Assembly (NCBI GenBank): GCA_028023455.1
Contig: JAQFVV010000003.1
Location: 124,001 to 188,000, forward strand
Direction: 5' to 3'
Length of the DNA stretch: 64,000 nt
Source: Epiperipatus broadwayi
Taxonomy: Eukaryota; Animalia; Onychophora
Below are positions 40,446-52,986 of the stretch, piece by piece; position 1 is the stretch's first letter, and every line of letters starts with the position of its first letter. The notes under the pieces were generated by a model, which was given only the letters and a program-made list of their open reading frames with translations, was not told where the DNA came from and searched no databases. The position numbers were made by a program, and so were the translations under genes.

Positions 40446-41221
40446 TAACTGTATAAAAAGAATAGTTATTATTAAGAATTACATAATCTGTGTAAGTGAA
40501 AATCAGAATAATGACAATTGCTAGGGTTTAGACTTTCTTTTTTTGTTTGTATCAATTCCATTTGTTTACCTCAAGTAGCATTTTGTAGGGTGATGCAAAA
40601 GAAGTAGTTCTTGGTATGGAATCTTTGTTAGGCATTATTTTAAAGATTTGATTCAAAGTTATTATTTTTTTTGCTCATATTTTTGAACGTTGAAATGTAT
40701 TCAGAATATCTGCAAGTGTTTCTGTATGCTTGTACAATTTACTTTTTTTTGAATTTACGGTTTTGAGAAAGCTTTTTCTTAATTGTGGAAATCTTTATTT
40801 TCAGAGATCATATTAACATTAAGTAAGCTGCAGCATTTAATATTGCCTTTTTTTTTAATTAGACTTTTTTTTCAGTAATAATAATGTATATTGATTTTTT
40901 TTTTTGATAGTATGTGATTAGATTTAAAGCAGTCAAAAAAAAATTGCATTTTCTGAAGCCACTGACAAGCTGAGTTCTTTATTATGGCAGCCATAATCAA
41001 CATTCTTTCCTTTATTCTTATTCTTAGCATGAAGATCTAAGCAAACATTCTTTGCCAAAGCAGTAGTTTTATTTACCTTACTTCAAAGCCGTTTACTGTA
41101 ATATTAAATAGTTAATAGCATGAGATAAAAGTACTTTTTTATTTTGTTAAGTACATCAATTTCAGGTTTTTCCCTTCACCAGTGAAAAAAACTAGAACAA
41201 TGCCCTTGTAGATTTAGATAC

Positions 41222-41404
41222 CATCTTTAATATTAATGCACTCACGCAGCTGTTTGCCACCTTTAACTTCTTTAACATATTCAAGCTAATAACTTGAAAT
41301 TAAAATAATACTAAGAAGACTGATATATGCATAAGTACATTAGTTTCAGTATTGAATCCAAAGCCCTCATTGATTAAGGCAATATCATCGTATATAGTGT
41401 CCAT
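41222..41404 (-). CDS. Candidate first two coding exons of an unidentified gene
   Basis: The frame runs from ATG 41404 to 41339 (MDTIYDDIALINEGFGFNTETN), then a 53-nt GT..AG intron, then an in-frame exon from 41285 (LEYVKEVKGGKQL...). Donors are possible at 41245 (GTGAGT) or 41221. It lies next to a CpG-retaining region. I do not recognise a homologue. Confidence 0.3.
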
Positions 41405-44400
41405 TGTTTATTCAAACTTATAGTGCCTTTAAATAAGATGAAAAAATTGTTCTTGGAGCATATGAATAAACCGAGAAATTATGTGATATTTTAATAACGT
41501 TTTTTAAAGTTCACGTTACCATCTTTTTCTTTTTTCTTTTAATCTTTTACACTACTCTATAAATATATCATCTTTTTCATTACTATGTTATAAAGAAATT
41601 ATAGGTTTTTTTTTTTTCATATAAGAAATCCCGAATGTATAATATATGTGCAGGTGTGACCTATTATTTTGAAATAAAAAATGCCTAGAATCTTTTTTTT
41701 CATTTATAGCAATTCCTAAGAAATGAGGCGTCACTGGATCAAATCTGAAAATGATTCTGAGTTATTGGAATTAATTTTTGATTTCAGTGGCTTGAATAAT
41801 CCGGCAGTCAAAAAGAATGAAAAATTGGAAATCTCGGATACTGTCATTTTTTCTATATATACAAAAAAAAAAAAAAGAATGAATTTTTGAATTAAGCTCT
41901 TTTTATACTGTTAACTATATCGTGATTAAATATATATAAAAAACTATATCGTGATTCTTTTAAATCTAAAATAATTACAATATTGACAACAGAAAATCAA
42001 ATTGTTTTAAAAATTTGTAATATATATTTAAAAATTTAGTTTATAACAAGTATTTCATTAATCTCGAACTAATTATTTCTATGATTTATTAATCTCTAAC
42101 AAGAAAAAAAAAAGAGTAGAGGAAAGAACTTTTTTTTTTAAAGGAATTGATTTGATTGACTGTTATAAAACACACACACACACGCACAAAGCTAATATCT
42201 GTGACGAAATTAATTTTTAAGGATAGTGTTTTGATAAGATAATAATATACAGTTATGATTGTTTAATTTTTAACTAATTGCTAATTATTTTTATTGTTGA
42301 GTGTTGTTAAGTGGATATTGAGCTATTAGCGACTGATCCAGAATCGGTTTTGTTTTACACATAGCTCTTAGAGACGTTTATTTGTGCAGCATGGTGTCCA
42401 GCCTCATCATAGTATGTTCTTTTTTGTTTCATCACAAATATTTTTTCAAGCATTATATATTTTTCTAATAATATAATTCAAACTCATGATATTTTATTCT
42501 AGCCACTTGTTTTCCAAGTAAAAAGTTTAAATCCATTTTTTTTCTTTTGAAATCCTCAAAAGTTTTTGCCAGTATCATATTAAATTAAAAAAAAAAGCAT
42601 ACTACTTAATTACCAACTTGCACATCCATAGAGAGTTATGGAAAACACAAAGATCTTCACTTTTAAATATTCTTTCCCACATTTCAAAACCTTTCCAGAA
42701 TTTTATTGCAATTTTTACCATTATCAGACAGTTATGATTTGATTTCTTGACCACTAGATGATTAATAAAAAAATGAAAAATATCTCTGACAGTATCCAGG
42801 AGACAACTTCTTTGGAACAGTATTCATGTTTACAAATTTTACTGGAAAACTTCTAAATTGTATAGTCTAGAGTTGTAATTATCCATCCTAGGAAGAAATT
42901 AGTGATAGTAGCTTTATCATGCTATGGGAAACAAAGACAATAGTATAGATTTCATGATCTTGCTATGTATTTATTTAATTATGTGGTTTTTAATATTTTA
43001 CTATTTGATTATATGAATAAAATATATATTAGCATAAAATAAAATAAAAAGTTATACAGCAATGTATATTTTATTATTTGATTTTTTAAAAAAAGTTTTT
43101 TTTTGCAATGTTTTATTGTTCTAATCACATAGATTTTTATAATATTCTACATAGGTAGAGATATGTATTTACATATCTATATATTATAATTAGAATATTT
43201 TATTTTATATATAGATATCTTATCTACATATATATATATATATATTGAAACAGATATATATATATAAAATCAAAACTACCCCAAATATATATAATAAATA
43301 TATAATAATAAAAATACTTCCAGTTATTAATGTAATATTTTAACATTCAAGACTCATGATATTCTCTAGACCAGCATAAGAAACATTTTTTTACAAAAAA
43401 AGAAACAGCCATCTCCCCTTGTTACCTTATATATTTATATAGAGGATTGTCTGAAACACTGAAGCCAGGCAGAATGACTTAAATAAATCATGCAATTTAT
43501 TTAAAGATATATGTGATTATAAAAAAATATACTTTATATATTTTTATGCAAATCTATATTAGTAATAATGTAAATTTTAAATAAAATAAAAAGACCCATT
43601 GATTTTATATTGCTAGTAGAATTATAAATTTAAAATATATATTATATTGCTGTGTAATGTATATTGTAGATATATGAAAAGAGTGAGAAGAAAATTAGTT
43701 GTGTGTGGATAGTTATAAAATCATTTAAATATTATAATAATATAATACACTGAGGAGAGCAATAAATTGTTGTCAAAAATGTCATTTTTATTAACTAACT
43801 CAATAATTGTTTTTATATTCAATAGTACAATACTATTATTATAAAACTACATTTGTTTTTATTTCTTTTTATATTTAAATGTATGACTTGTTATAAAATT
43901 GCTTCTAACTTTCTAAAATGTCTTAGAATTTATTTCATTTTATGGATTTTATATTTTACTTCTATAACAGTATGATTTTCAGACTGTCAGAATGCAATCC
44001 AAAATCCTTTATCTTTTCTAGTATGTTGTTGATCTAAAAATTATAAGCTAAAAGTTTTTAATTTTTTATAATTTATTTATTTTATTGTAAAATGGTAATG
44101 GAACATCAGTAATTGAACTTCCTAGTTTGAGTATTTTGGGGTATATCATTCCTCATGTTATTTTTTTTTTTGCATGTTGCCATTTATTGCACACTTTTTT
44201 AAACTGTTTGTTTTTTTTTAATGATTTTTTTTTGCAGATTTTATTGTATATATTTTCAGAAATAAAGTATAAAAAATATATTTTATGTGTATAAAGCAAA
44301 TTATATTGTTGACCTTATTTTTAAATTATATATTCCAATAATCAGATGTTGATATAGTTATAAATATAATATATCAACATTATTGGCACCATCATTTATG

Positions 44401-46377
44401 TTACCACTAGAAATGTATTAAGTAATGATGAACAACATTTTTATACTTATAGGTCTCTTCATGAGGACACCCTTATCTAGTTTTTTAAATAGATGATCTT
44501 ATATAAGGTAATATCTTGCATCTCAATTTCTTTAGCTTATATTCTTGGGTGCATAACATGACACTTCAAGAGCCAAAGGCAAGAGAATCACATTTTTACA
44601 GGAAATATCACTAAAACATAAATTACATAAAAGAGAATAAAGAACTCACATGTTAATTTTAAAGTTGACAATAATTTAATTAATTTGAAACATGGAAAGT
44701 TAACACTATGACATAATCTAATACGACATAAGCAAATACTAAACCAATATACATAAATCCATCTTCTTACTTTGTGATGAAATAAAAAATATAAATATAA
44801 TAATTTAAAATTCATTTATAATAAATTATTATCAGAGAAATTACATAAATGCAAAATTTGACAGCTGATGAAAGTATAAGTAGGCAGTCATTACTTAAAA
44901 ACACTGAGTTAAATATAGGATTCAGATTTTAAATTCTTTCAACAACAAACAACATTACTCAAATAGAAACATGTAATTATTTTGGTAAAATAAAAAATAT
45001 TTACAAGTTAATTGTAATACAATAGCATATTAGCATAACTTAAGTGTAATTCATTGCTGAATATTTTTTTAAAAAATAAATAAATTTAAATTCATTACTT
45101 ACATTTGTGTATGAAAAGATTTTGGATTGGTAAGTCAAAAAAAAATGATGGTGAAAAGTGAAATGCATAAAAACTTGATTTATTTGAAAAAATAATTAAG
45201 TAACTCAATATATTAAATTTTATATATAGTTATTTAAATTTTTGCAGTGCTAAATGAATTACTAATAAAAATCAAAACTTCTTTAAATACTTTCAAAAAC
45301 TGGTTTAGAAAAATTAATTTTATGTTAGATATGTTGAGGATAAATGCTAAGCACAGAATTACAAATTTTTTTGTTTTAGAATTTGAAGAGTTGGGAAAAC
45401 AAATAATGAATAAACTGATATGATTTTTTAACAAATCATTTTTTTCATAAAAATGAAGTGCATCTAATGACAAATTTCTATATCAAAATAAAACAATAAA
45501 CATTAGAAAGCATTGAGGCTACTGCCTTTTTTTTTTTTTTTTTGAAAATGGACTTTTACTGCAAAATTGCAGATGTTTTGATTTTGGCTGACATACAGAA
45601 TTGTAAATAAATACATATATATGCATATAGTTTAAATATAAAACTTTATCATAAAAAAGTGTTTTATGAATATGATATTGTTTGATCATGTTATGTTACA
45701 ACACATATCTGTACATGGACATTAAAACTGTAACATATTTTACCAAAATTGTAAATTAACTTCTAACAGACAATTATGTTTTATTCATTTATTTTAATAT
45801 TGGAAATTGATTGTGCAGACAGAAATTTGATAACTTAAAAGGGCATTTAACTTCCTTATAAAAAATTATTATCAATATTAAACTTCTCAGGATTGGTAAA
45901 AGTTAAAAGTAATGATAATCAGGTATGAAAATCAATTGTTGTATATTTTTTTCTGTTTCAGTTTTTAAATTAACATAGAATTATGTTTTGTAAGTTATGT
46001 AGAATTGAAAGTCAATATGTTTTATATAAATTCACAATGCTCACAGATTTTAAAATGAATTTAATAATTACAACTTTTTTTATTAATGTATACACTATGA
46101 AAATTATAGACATTGTGTATATGTTCATAATGCCAAGTTGGTTAACATAAAAGTGTGAAGAAATAGAAAGGTTCAGAGTTATACACTCTTGATTAATGGC
46201 AATCTACATATTTTTATCAATATGCCATATATAAATATATTTTTAATGTGCTAAAACAATAATTAAACTTCATTTTTATATTAGAATAAAATATTTAGAG
46301 CTTTAAATTAATTGTTACAGAGAAAACAACTTCTGTTATAGTATTCTACTGTAGTTTGTACTAAACATACTTTAGAA

Positions 46378-46430
46378 TAGTAGGTAGAGCATCCAACTTG
46401 AGATCATAAGGTTCCAGAATCAATTCTAGC
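46378..46430 (+). pseudogene. Possible CpG-decayed tRNA/SINE head
   Basis: TAGTAGGTAGAGCATCCAACTTGAGATCATAAGGTTCCAGAATCAATTCT resembles A-box/B-box spacing with heavy decay. Confidence 0.3.
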
Positions 46431-47264
46431 ACTTGCAAATCTGGCATTTGAACTTCTTATGAACTCCCAAGAAATAAAACCATGTGCTTTTTTTTACTAT
46501 AGTTTGTGCAAAATATATCTATATAGTGATATGTTTTACTGGAATTAACAATTTATAATATTATTTATTTTCAGTCCATAAATTCTGGATTTACTACATG
46601 AATTTTCTGAAAGCTTTCTAAGGTTAAAGAATATTTATTGGCATGTTTTTTTTCAGATTATATATATATATATATATATATGCTTTCCTGAGGCTCACCC
46701 TTTTTCTTCTGGTAAATAGATCCATTATACAAGTGGACAAGTATTTTGACAGATTTATGAGAATTTAAGGGATAGTCTTTTCCATATTTCAGGTTACACA
46801 TTTGGATTGATAATACCCAAAGACAAAATCTAGCATACCATACTATGAAGGTTTCAAAATTTTTGAACATTTTTAGCTATTTTCAATTCCTATTTTATAT
46901 CTTCTTTGAGAAGAATATTTGTTGATGCTGACAGTTTATTTTTCCTGATGGTAGGCTCTCTCGGTTTGATTATTAAAAAAACATTTACTAGAGTCTATTT
47001 CATGATAGCAATAACTACCCAAAATAATAATAAACATATGGAAAACTTTTAAAATGATAATTGATTGATGGTGGAATTTCTGTCATTGACACAAGCATGT
47101 TATATCATAATCCCATTTTGTTTCATAAACAGTTTAAACCTCTTAATGTTTTTAAGTTGTTGTTTAATAATTCAGGATGTTATTCTTTTTTTTAATGAAT
47201 TCCTTTGTAGTATTTTTTAAATTTTATATAATTTTTTAAAAACATTTTATAGTATACACAAGCG

Positions 47265-47641
47265 CGCTGGTTGAAGAAGCTGTTAATAGCAAAAAATCAA
47301 AATGAGTTAATCCAGGATAAGCACTTTCAAGGTGTTATTTCTCATAATTTATAGCCAAAATAGTAATAGTTGTAATGATATTATTAAATGGTTAATATAT
47401 GCAAATGTATATGTAAATTAATCAGCTTGTCTATTTTCTGGAGATAGCAAAGCATGTGTCTCGTCTTCAGAAAATGGACAACCTGATTAATTTACATATA
47501 CATTTGCATATATTATCATTTAATAATACCACTACAACTATTACTATTTTGGCTATGAATATGAGGGATAACACCTCAAAAGCACTTAGCATGAATTAAC
47601 TCATTTTGATTGTTTGCTATCAACAGCTTCTTCAACCAGCG
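47265..47641. mobile_element. ~377-bp fold-back palindrome carrying a variant hammerhead relic in each arm
   Basis: Arms 47265-47444 and 47464-47641 are imperfect reverse complements. Hammerhead-like motifs lie at 47551-47590 (+) and 47315-47356 (-). Confidence 0.85.
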
Positions 47642-47949
47642 TTTTAAAGCGCTTAAATATACTATTACAATTATTGGAGAAGTAAACTAAATTATTTTAA
47701 CATTTTATGTAAATGATAAATATTTTTAATAACTTTTTTTAAATTTAATCACTTTGAATTATGAGCTTTTCAGCCAAATTCATATAAGACTTTTATTTTA
47801 GTCCTTTTACAAATTGTTCAATAATTTATCAATTTAAATTTAATTTTGATATTATTTTTTACTTTTTTCACACCTTTTTCCAAATGAAATTTAATTATAT
47901 ATCATATAGTTTTATTGTATACAGAATATTTTCTTGTTATTCCTCCTCA

Positions 47950-48300
47950 TCCAGTATTTTAAAGCCTGTATATACATATAAATAAAATAAATATAACTCA
48001 CCTTATTAAAGTCTGCATGTTTTGACACAATAAATGCTTCATTCAAATGCTTAAATTTACTTACACAGAGATATGACCATGTGATTAATGCATCTTAATC
48101 TTTTTCCTCCTTAAATAAAAACATAAATAGTTATCTCCATACATCCACTCCATTTAACTATCTTGTAATCCAATTTTTTCAGCCCATTTTACTTCTTTGT
48201 AGAATTTCATCATTTATTTATGGACAAGTGTTAATCCTTGGTATATAGAAGATATTGCTTTTTCTTCATTGTTTTTTTTATGTGTTTAAGAATTAAAACT
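47950..48300 (-). mobile_element. Possible RTE C-terminal relic
   Basis: Minus strand INDEILQRSKMG...R*LNG.DV.R resembles N.EVL.R....RKL.W.GHV.R. Confidence 0.4.
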
Positions 48301-49037
48301 TTTTAAATAGTAAATTTGTTTTTTTCACCACACTGAATTTTATCAATAATTCATTGTCTTATAAATTTTATTTTGTTTCAAAATAGTTAATGCTGAATAC
48401 TTAGAAATAAAAAAAAAAAGAAGAAATAAAACTGCAGTTAAAAAAAGTGCAGGTAAATTGAGTATAGCTTTACAAAGTATCAGAAAACTGTTTTTTCTCT
48501 CTAAAAAAGCAAATCTGATTTTTTTCCTGACCACACTGTCTCTCTTGAATAAAACTAAACTATAAAAACAATGCTTATAAAATAAAATAGATTTAACAGC
48601 CAATAAAGCGAAGTAAACACTGGCTAATGAAATTGTAGAAATAATAGGAAGCCTAAAGAACTAGTTAATGATTTTAAATTGCTTAATTCAGAAGCATGTA
48701 TACCACAAATTTTAATATTAAATAATTACAATAATCTGTTTACATACTTTGCTTTTATGGGAAAAAATAGTTTAGTTTTAATTTTTATATTTACTAACTA
48801 ATTTCGGTTATTTTTCTGGTTCAAAATGACTAAAATAAATGTTAATACTGTATTTGATATTTCTCATCATTTGCTCATTTTATTTAGATTCTTCAAATTT
48901 TTTTAATTATATATAGTATTGGCTATTATGTTTATTCGCACAAGTATGTAAAATTAATAGTTTTATTTCTACTGCTTGTAAAAACATATTTATGAATTTT
49001 AATCAGTTAAGTTAAGTATTGCTTTCAGGTAAAACTT

Positions 49038-49144
49038 AATTTATTTATTTATTTTTTTATGTATCAAAGCGTCGGCTGGGAAGCGAACCCCGGGACAACT
49101 GCTTATAAGGCAGCTGTGCTAACCACTCGGCCACCAACGCACGG
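49038..49144 (-). mobile_element. tRNA-Gly(TCC)-derived short SINE with 12-bp TSD
   Basis: The reverse complement of 49069-49140 is GCGTTGGTGGCCGAGTGGTTAGCACAGCTGCCTTATAAGCAGTTGTCCCGGGGTTCGCTTCCCAGCCGACGC, followed by an A-rich tail. CAGGTAAAACTT is duplicated at 49026-49037 and 49145-49156. Confidence 0.85.
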
Positions 49145-51947
49145 CAGGTAAAACTTTATTTGATGACAAATTACATATATATTGCAACGATAAGAAATAA
49201 TAGGAGTAAAGAGAGGGAGATGGAAGAACATCATCATCCCCATGTAATCAGAAAGTATAAATATAAAAGGATAAAATATAAAAAAATAAATATAAAAGAA
49301 AAACAAATATATAAGGAAAGAATATATAAGGGACAGAGCTTGGTGACAGCAGTGAAATAATCATATATAAATAGTTATACTAATAATAAGCTATAAACTA
49401 CAAATTACTCTAGCATTACACATAAACAATAATCAATCAATAGTCAATAGTCATTAATTCATCAGTCATCTATTGGGATTGGATCTTAAGGAGGTACATT
49501 ATAAAGTGTTAAACTGAGGCAAAATATTACACAATCATTTGGTTGCACATACTTAAGTACTAATATATCACTCAATAAAAAAATAAATGCTGGGATGCTG
49601 ATAATCATCAATACTCTGACCATATGGTGCTGCGAGTGTATAGGCTTATAAACTAAATTTTCTCTAACAAAGAAAATAAAATGAAGTGAATGAACTTTAA
49701 AGGTGATACCTTTGCACTATTCAAAGACCAAACACAAAAATAAACCTCTAGATACACATAAATAACAATTATTGCTCCAAAGGTAGCTCAAGCTTACAAA
49801 ACCCTAAGGCTTGTGACTGTGTACAAGAGAAATATAAATGTACAGGTTTATTCTATTTTAATTTAAATAGTTTTACTAGTATAATTTGAAAATCTCTAAA
49901 ATCTAAGCTGTAATAAAAATCAAGTCACACACACTGCCAATTTATTGAATAGATAACTGGAGGAAAAAATCATTAACTATATTATTCTTTAAACAATTAT
50001 TTAATAATCTAAATTATAAATTAATTAGGAAAATTCCAAAAAACACTCTTATATAATTTATTAAAAAAATATAATTTTTTTTACAGTAAATATGATTAAC
50101 CAGTTGATATTTACTAATTAAATTAATCAACCTTTATTTTTATTATGTTATTTTCTTTTTAATAATGAAAGCTGGGAAACAACTTTTAATAATAAGACAT
50201 AAAGAAATTGAAATTAGCTAACAACTTTTTTATAAATTTGGAGGGAAAATATTATAGAAAAAAAACATGTTTCAATGAACCAAAAATACACAATAAAATT
50301 ATTAATTAGAAATTGTCTATAAATGTAAATATAATATGCACATTAAAATAGCTTTTTACCATGGCCTTTTTTTGAGTCCTTCTTTGTTAATTGTAATTTT
50401 TATTTCATTGTAAGATTCTTCACTAAAACATATTTCCAGAATAACCGTACACACTTATTTTTTCATCTTTGCAATAGAATATTTTCAGGCTTCATCTATT
50501 TTTCTTAATCCTACTAATTTCCTTGTCAGGTTAATACTCATAGAGATAGAGTGCTCTTGAAAACCAGGCTTATTGTAGCTAGGAGGAATATTATTTTTTT
50601 TCTATTATATTTTTCTAGTTAACAGGGTACATAGTTGAGTTTTAATAAATGCCCAGCTTCCTGTTAAAATTTAGCACATAGTTTTACTTAACTGCATGTT
50701 ACAAACCATTTTTTTCTTTACTTGTAGTAATACAAGTTCTACTTCAGATAACTACAATAATTTCTTACTGTTATTTTCACAATCTTCTGTTTTTTTCAGC
50801 AGTTTGATCAAAAAAGATTGCTACTGTCTTCTTCAACAGTTGAGTCAAGAATATATTTTCTTTAACAACTAAATCAGTAAAAAATACTGCTGATGATTTT
50901 TTTAACTTTTTTAGAAGCATCTGAATGGCTTCTTTCTTTTTATTATCATTTTTCCTTTATTATACTCATTTTTAAATGTCTTCCATTTTCTTTAATACTT
51001 TTTGGTTTTTTTCTGCCATCTTTTTATTATCTTCATTTTGTTCTTCTGTTTTTATTATCATATCTCCTTTCATTTCTTTAAACATTTCTTCTGTACTTTT
51101 TTGTTTATCCTTAAACACTAGCAATAATTGGACTGATCTTACAATATCCTCTACTAGATTCCTTCAGTTGGTTGCTAATCTTTTTTATGATCCCTTTTTC
51201 CTTCATCATTTTAAATTTTGCTCCTGTCAGCATATACATTTATATTAGATCACTTTTAAAACTTAATGAAAACTATGTTAAATTAGTTTTATACACAAAA
51301 TATCTAAATATTATCTTTTAAAAATAAAACTCATTAAACAAACTTAACATGACCTCCTCCTCCCTGCAACATTTCATTATTATCTATTTTAAGCACATGT
51401 GCATATATAAAAAATTCACATAATAAACCATTTGTTAAAACCTTTTACCTGATATTGATTAGCATAATGAACAGTGACCTGCATTATGGAATAAATACAA
51501 AATCCAGCTATTGGATTACAAGTACACAATGTAGCATGAACATCAGAAAGTCTATCTCAATTTAGATACTATATACTAGATACAATCAAAAATACAAATA
51601 ATAATATAAAAAATCTTTACAAAGCTCTGCTCCTTTGAGTACTAGGGACTGGTAAATATCAAACAGACTTCTTCCATTTTTAGAAAGTTAGAGGCTAGAA
51701 TTGAAGGCAGAACTATGCTAACTGACCATAATAAACAACTGGAAACATCAAAATTTAAAAGTGGGTTCATATAGTGTTGAGATAGAACATTTTATGGAGT
51801 TGCATAAAAACATTGTATTCTCAAATGAATGAACTGTCCCCACTCCATTTTTTACCAGTATTAAAAGTAGTCAAACAAATTCAAACATTCAAAAGATCAA
51901 TTTAGTCTCCAAAATTTATACTTTGATTTTCTATTATACTTCACTTA

Positions 51948-52050
<103 letters not shown>

Positions 52051-52795
52051 CATCTTTATAATTTATAATTAAATTATAATTTATTCATCATCTGGCCTCT
52101 TGTCATATATTTTACAGTAATATATTTTTAAAATTAATTCTGCATCAAAATAAAAAAGTTTTCTATTTTATATGCAATATTATTTGAGCTTCAAGATATG
52201 TGGCTAGATTTATTGATGACTAAAACATCATTGGGCCCACAGTTGGATCACCATTTGTAATGATACAGGTGAAGCTAAGGATAAATATGGAGAAATGAGA
52301 AAATCATCATTATAATAAAGAAAGTGAAAGAAAGTAATCAGCAAAGAAAATAAATACTGTTAAAGAAAATAGATTGTAATCAAAAGATGTGGATTAAAAT
52401 TTAAATAAAAGAGAAAAAAATAATCAGAAAATGATTATGAAAATAGAGGAAGAATGACTATTATGTGCAGGATATAATACTAAAAAAATTTGCAATAATT
52501 TATCTGATTGTAGAGGAACCAAAAAAATTAGGTCAAAGATAAATGCTTCAAAATAATTAGAAAAAAGATAGAAAATAAATGGAAGTATATGGAAATAAAA
52601 AATCAGAAAAATAAAGAATGGAATGAAGGAACTGATTGCTCAAAAGATAAACCAATCTAGAGAGAAAATGCAGAATCAAAGTAGATATCAGAGAGACCTG
52701 TACTCAGTAGTTTCAAGGTTATGTATCTCACTTGCAAATATTTACTGTTGATTGTTGACTGTTGTTTAGTAATTGTTTGGCTGCTAGTAATTTTA

Positions 52796-52824
52796 TATCA
52801 TCATTATCATCATCATCATCATCA

Positions 52825-52891
<67 letters not shown>
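52796..52891. repeat. Compound (CAT)n(TAT)n microsatellite
   Basis: Seen directly in the sequence. Confidence 0.97.
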
Positions 52892-52986
52892 TATTCTCAT
52901 TCTCCCAGTCTCATTATATAGTTATCCCTTTATATTTTATCATTTTATATTTATTAAATGCTCTTATGATTTTTTTATATTTATTT

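Noticed and set aside
44346-44380. 11-bp inverted repeat ATGTTGATATA/TATATCAACAT
   Set aside because: It is short and AT-rich, so plausible by chance in this composition.
44860-44915. CTGATGA hammerhead candidate
   Set aside because: GAAA, stem III and stem I complementarity are missing.
49069-49140. Functional tRNA-Ile(TAT) gene
   Set aside because: The body is Gly-type, the B-box is mutated with an extra G, and the A-tail and TSD indicate retroposition.
52200-52720. Purine-rich stretch as a LINE ORF1 or host exon
   Set aside because: Many stops occur in all frames and no diagnostic motif could be fixed, so it is left unassigned.
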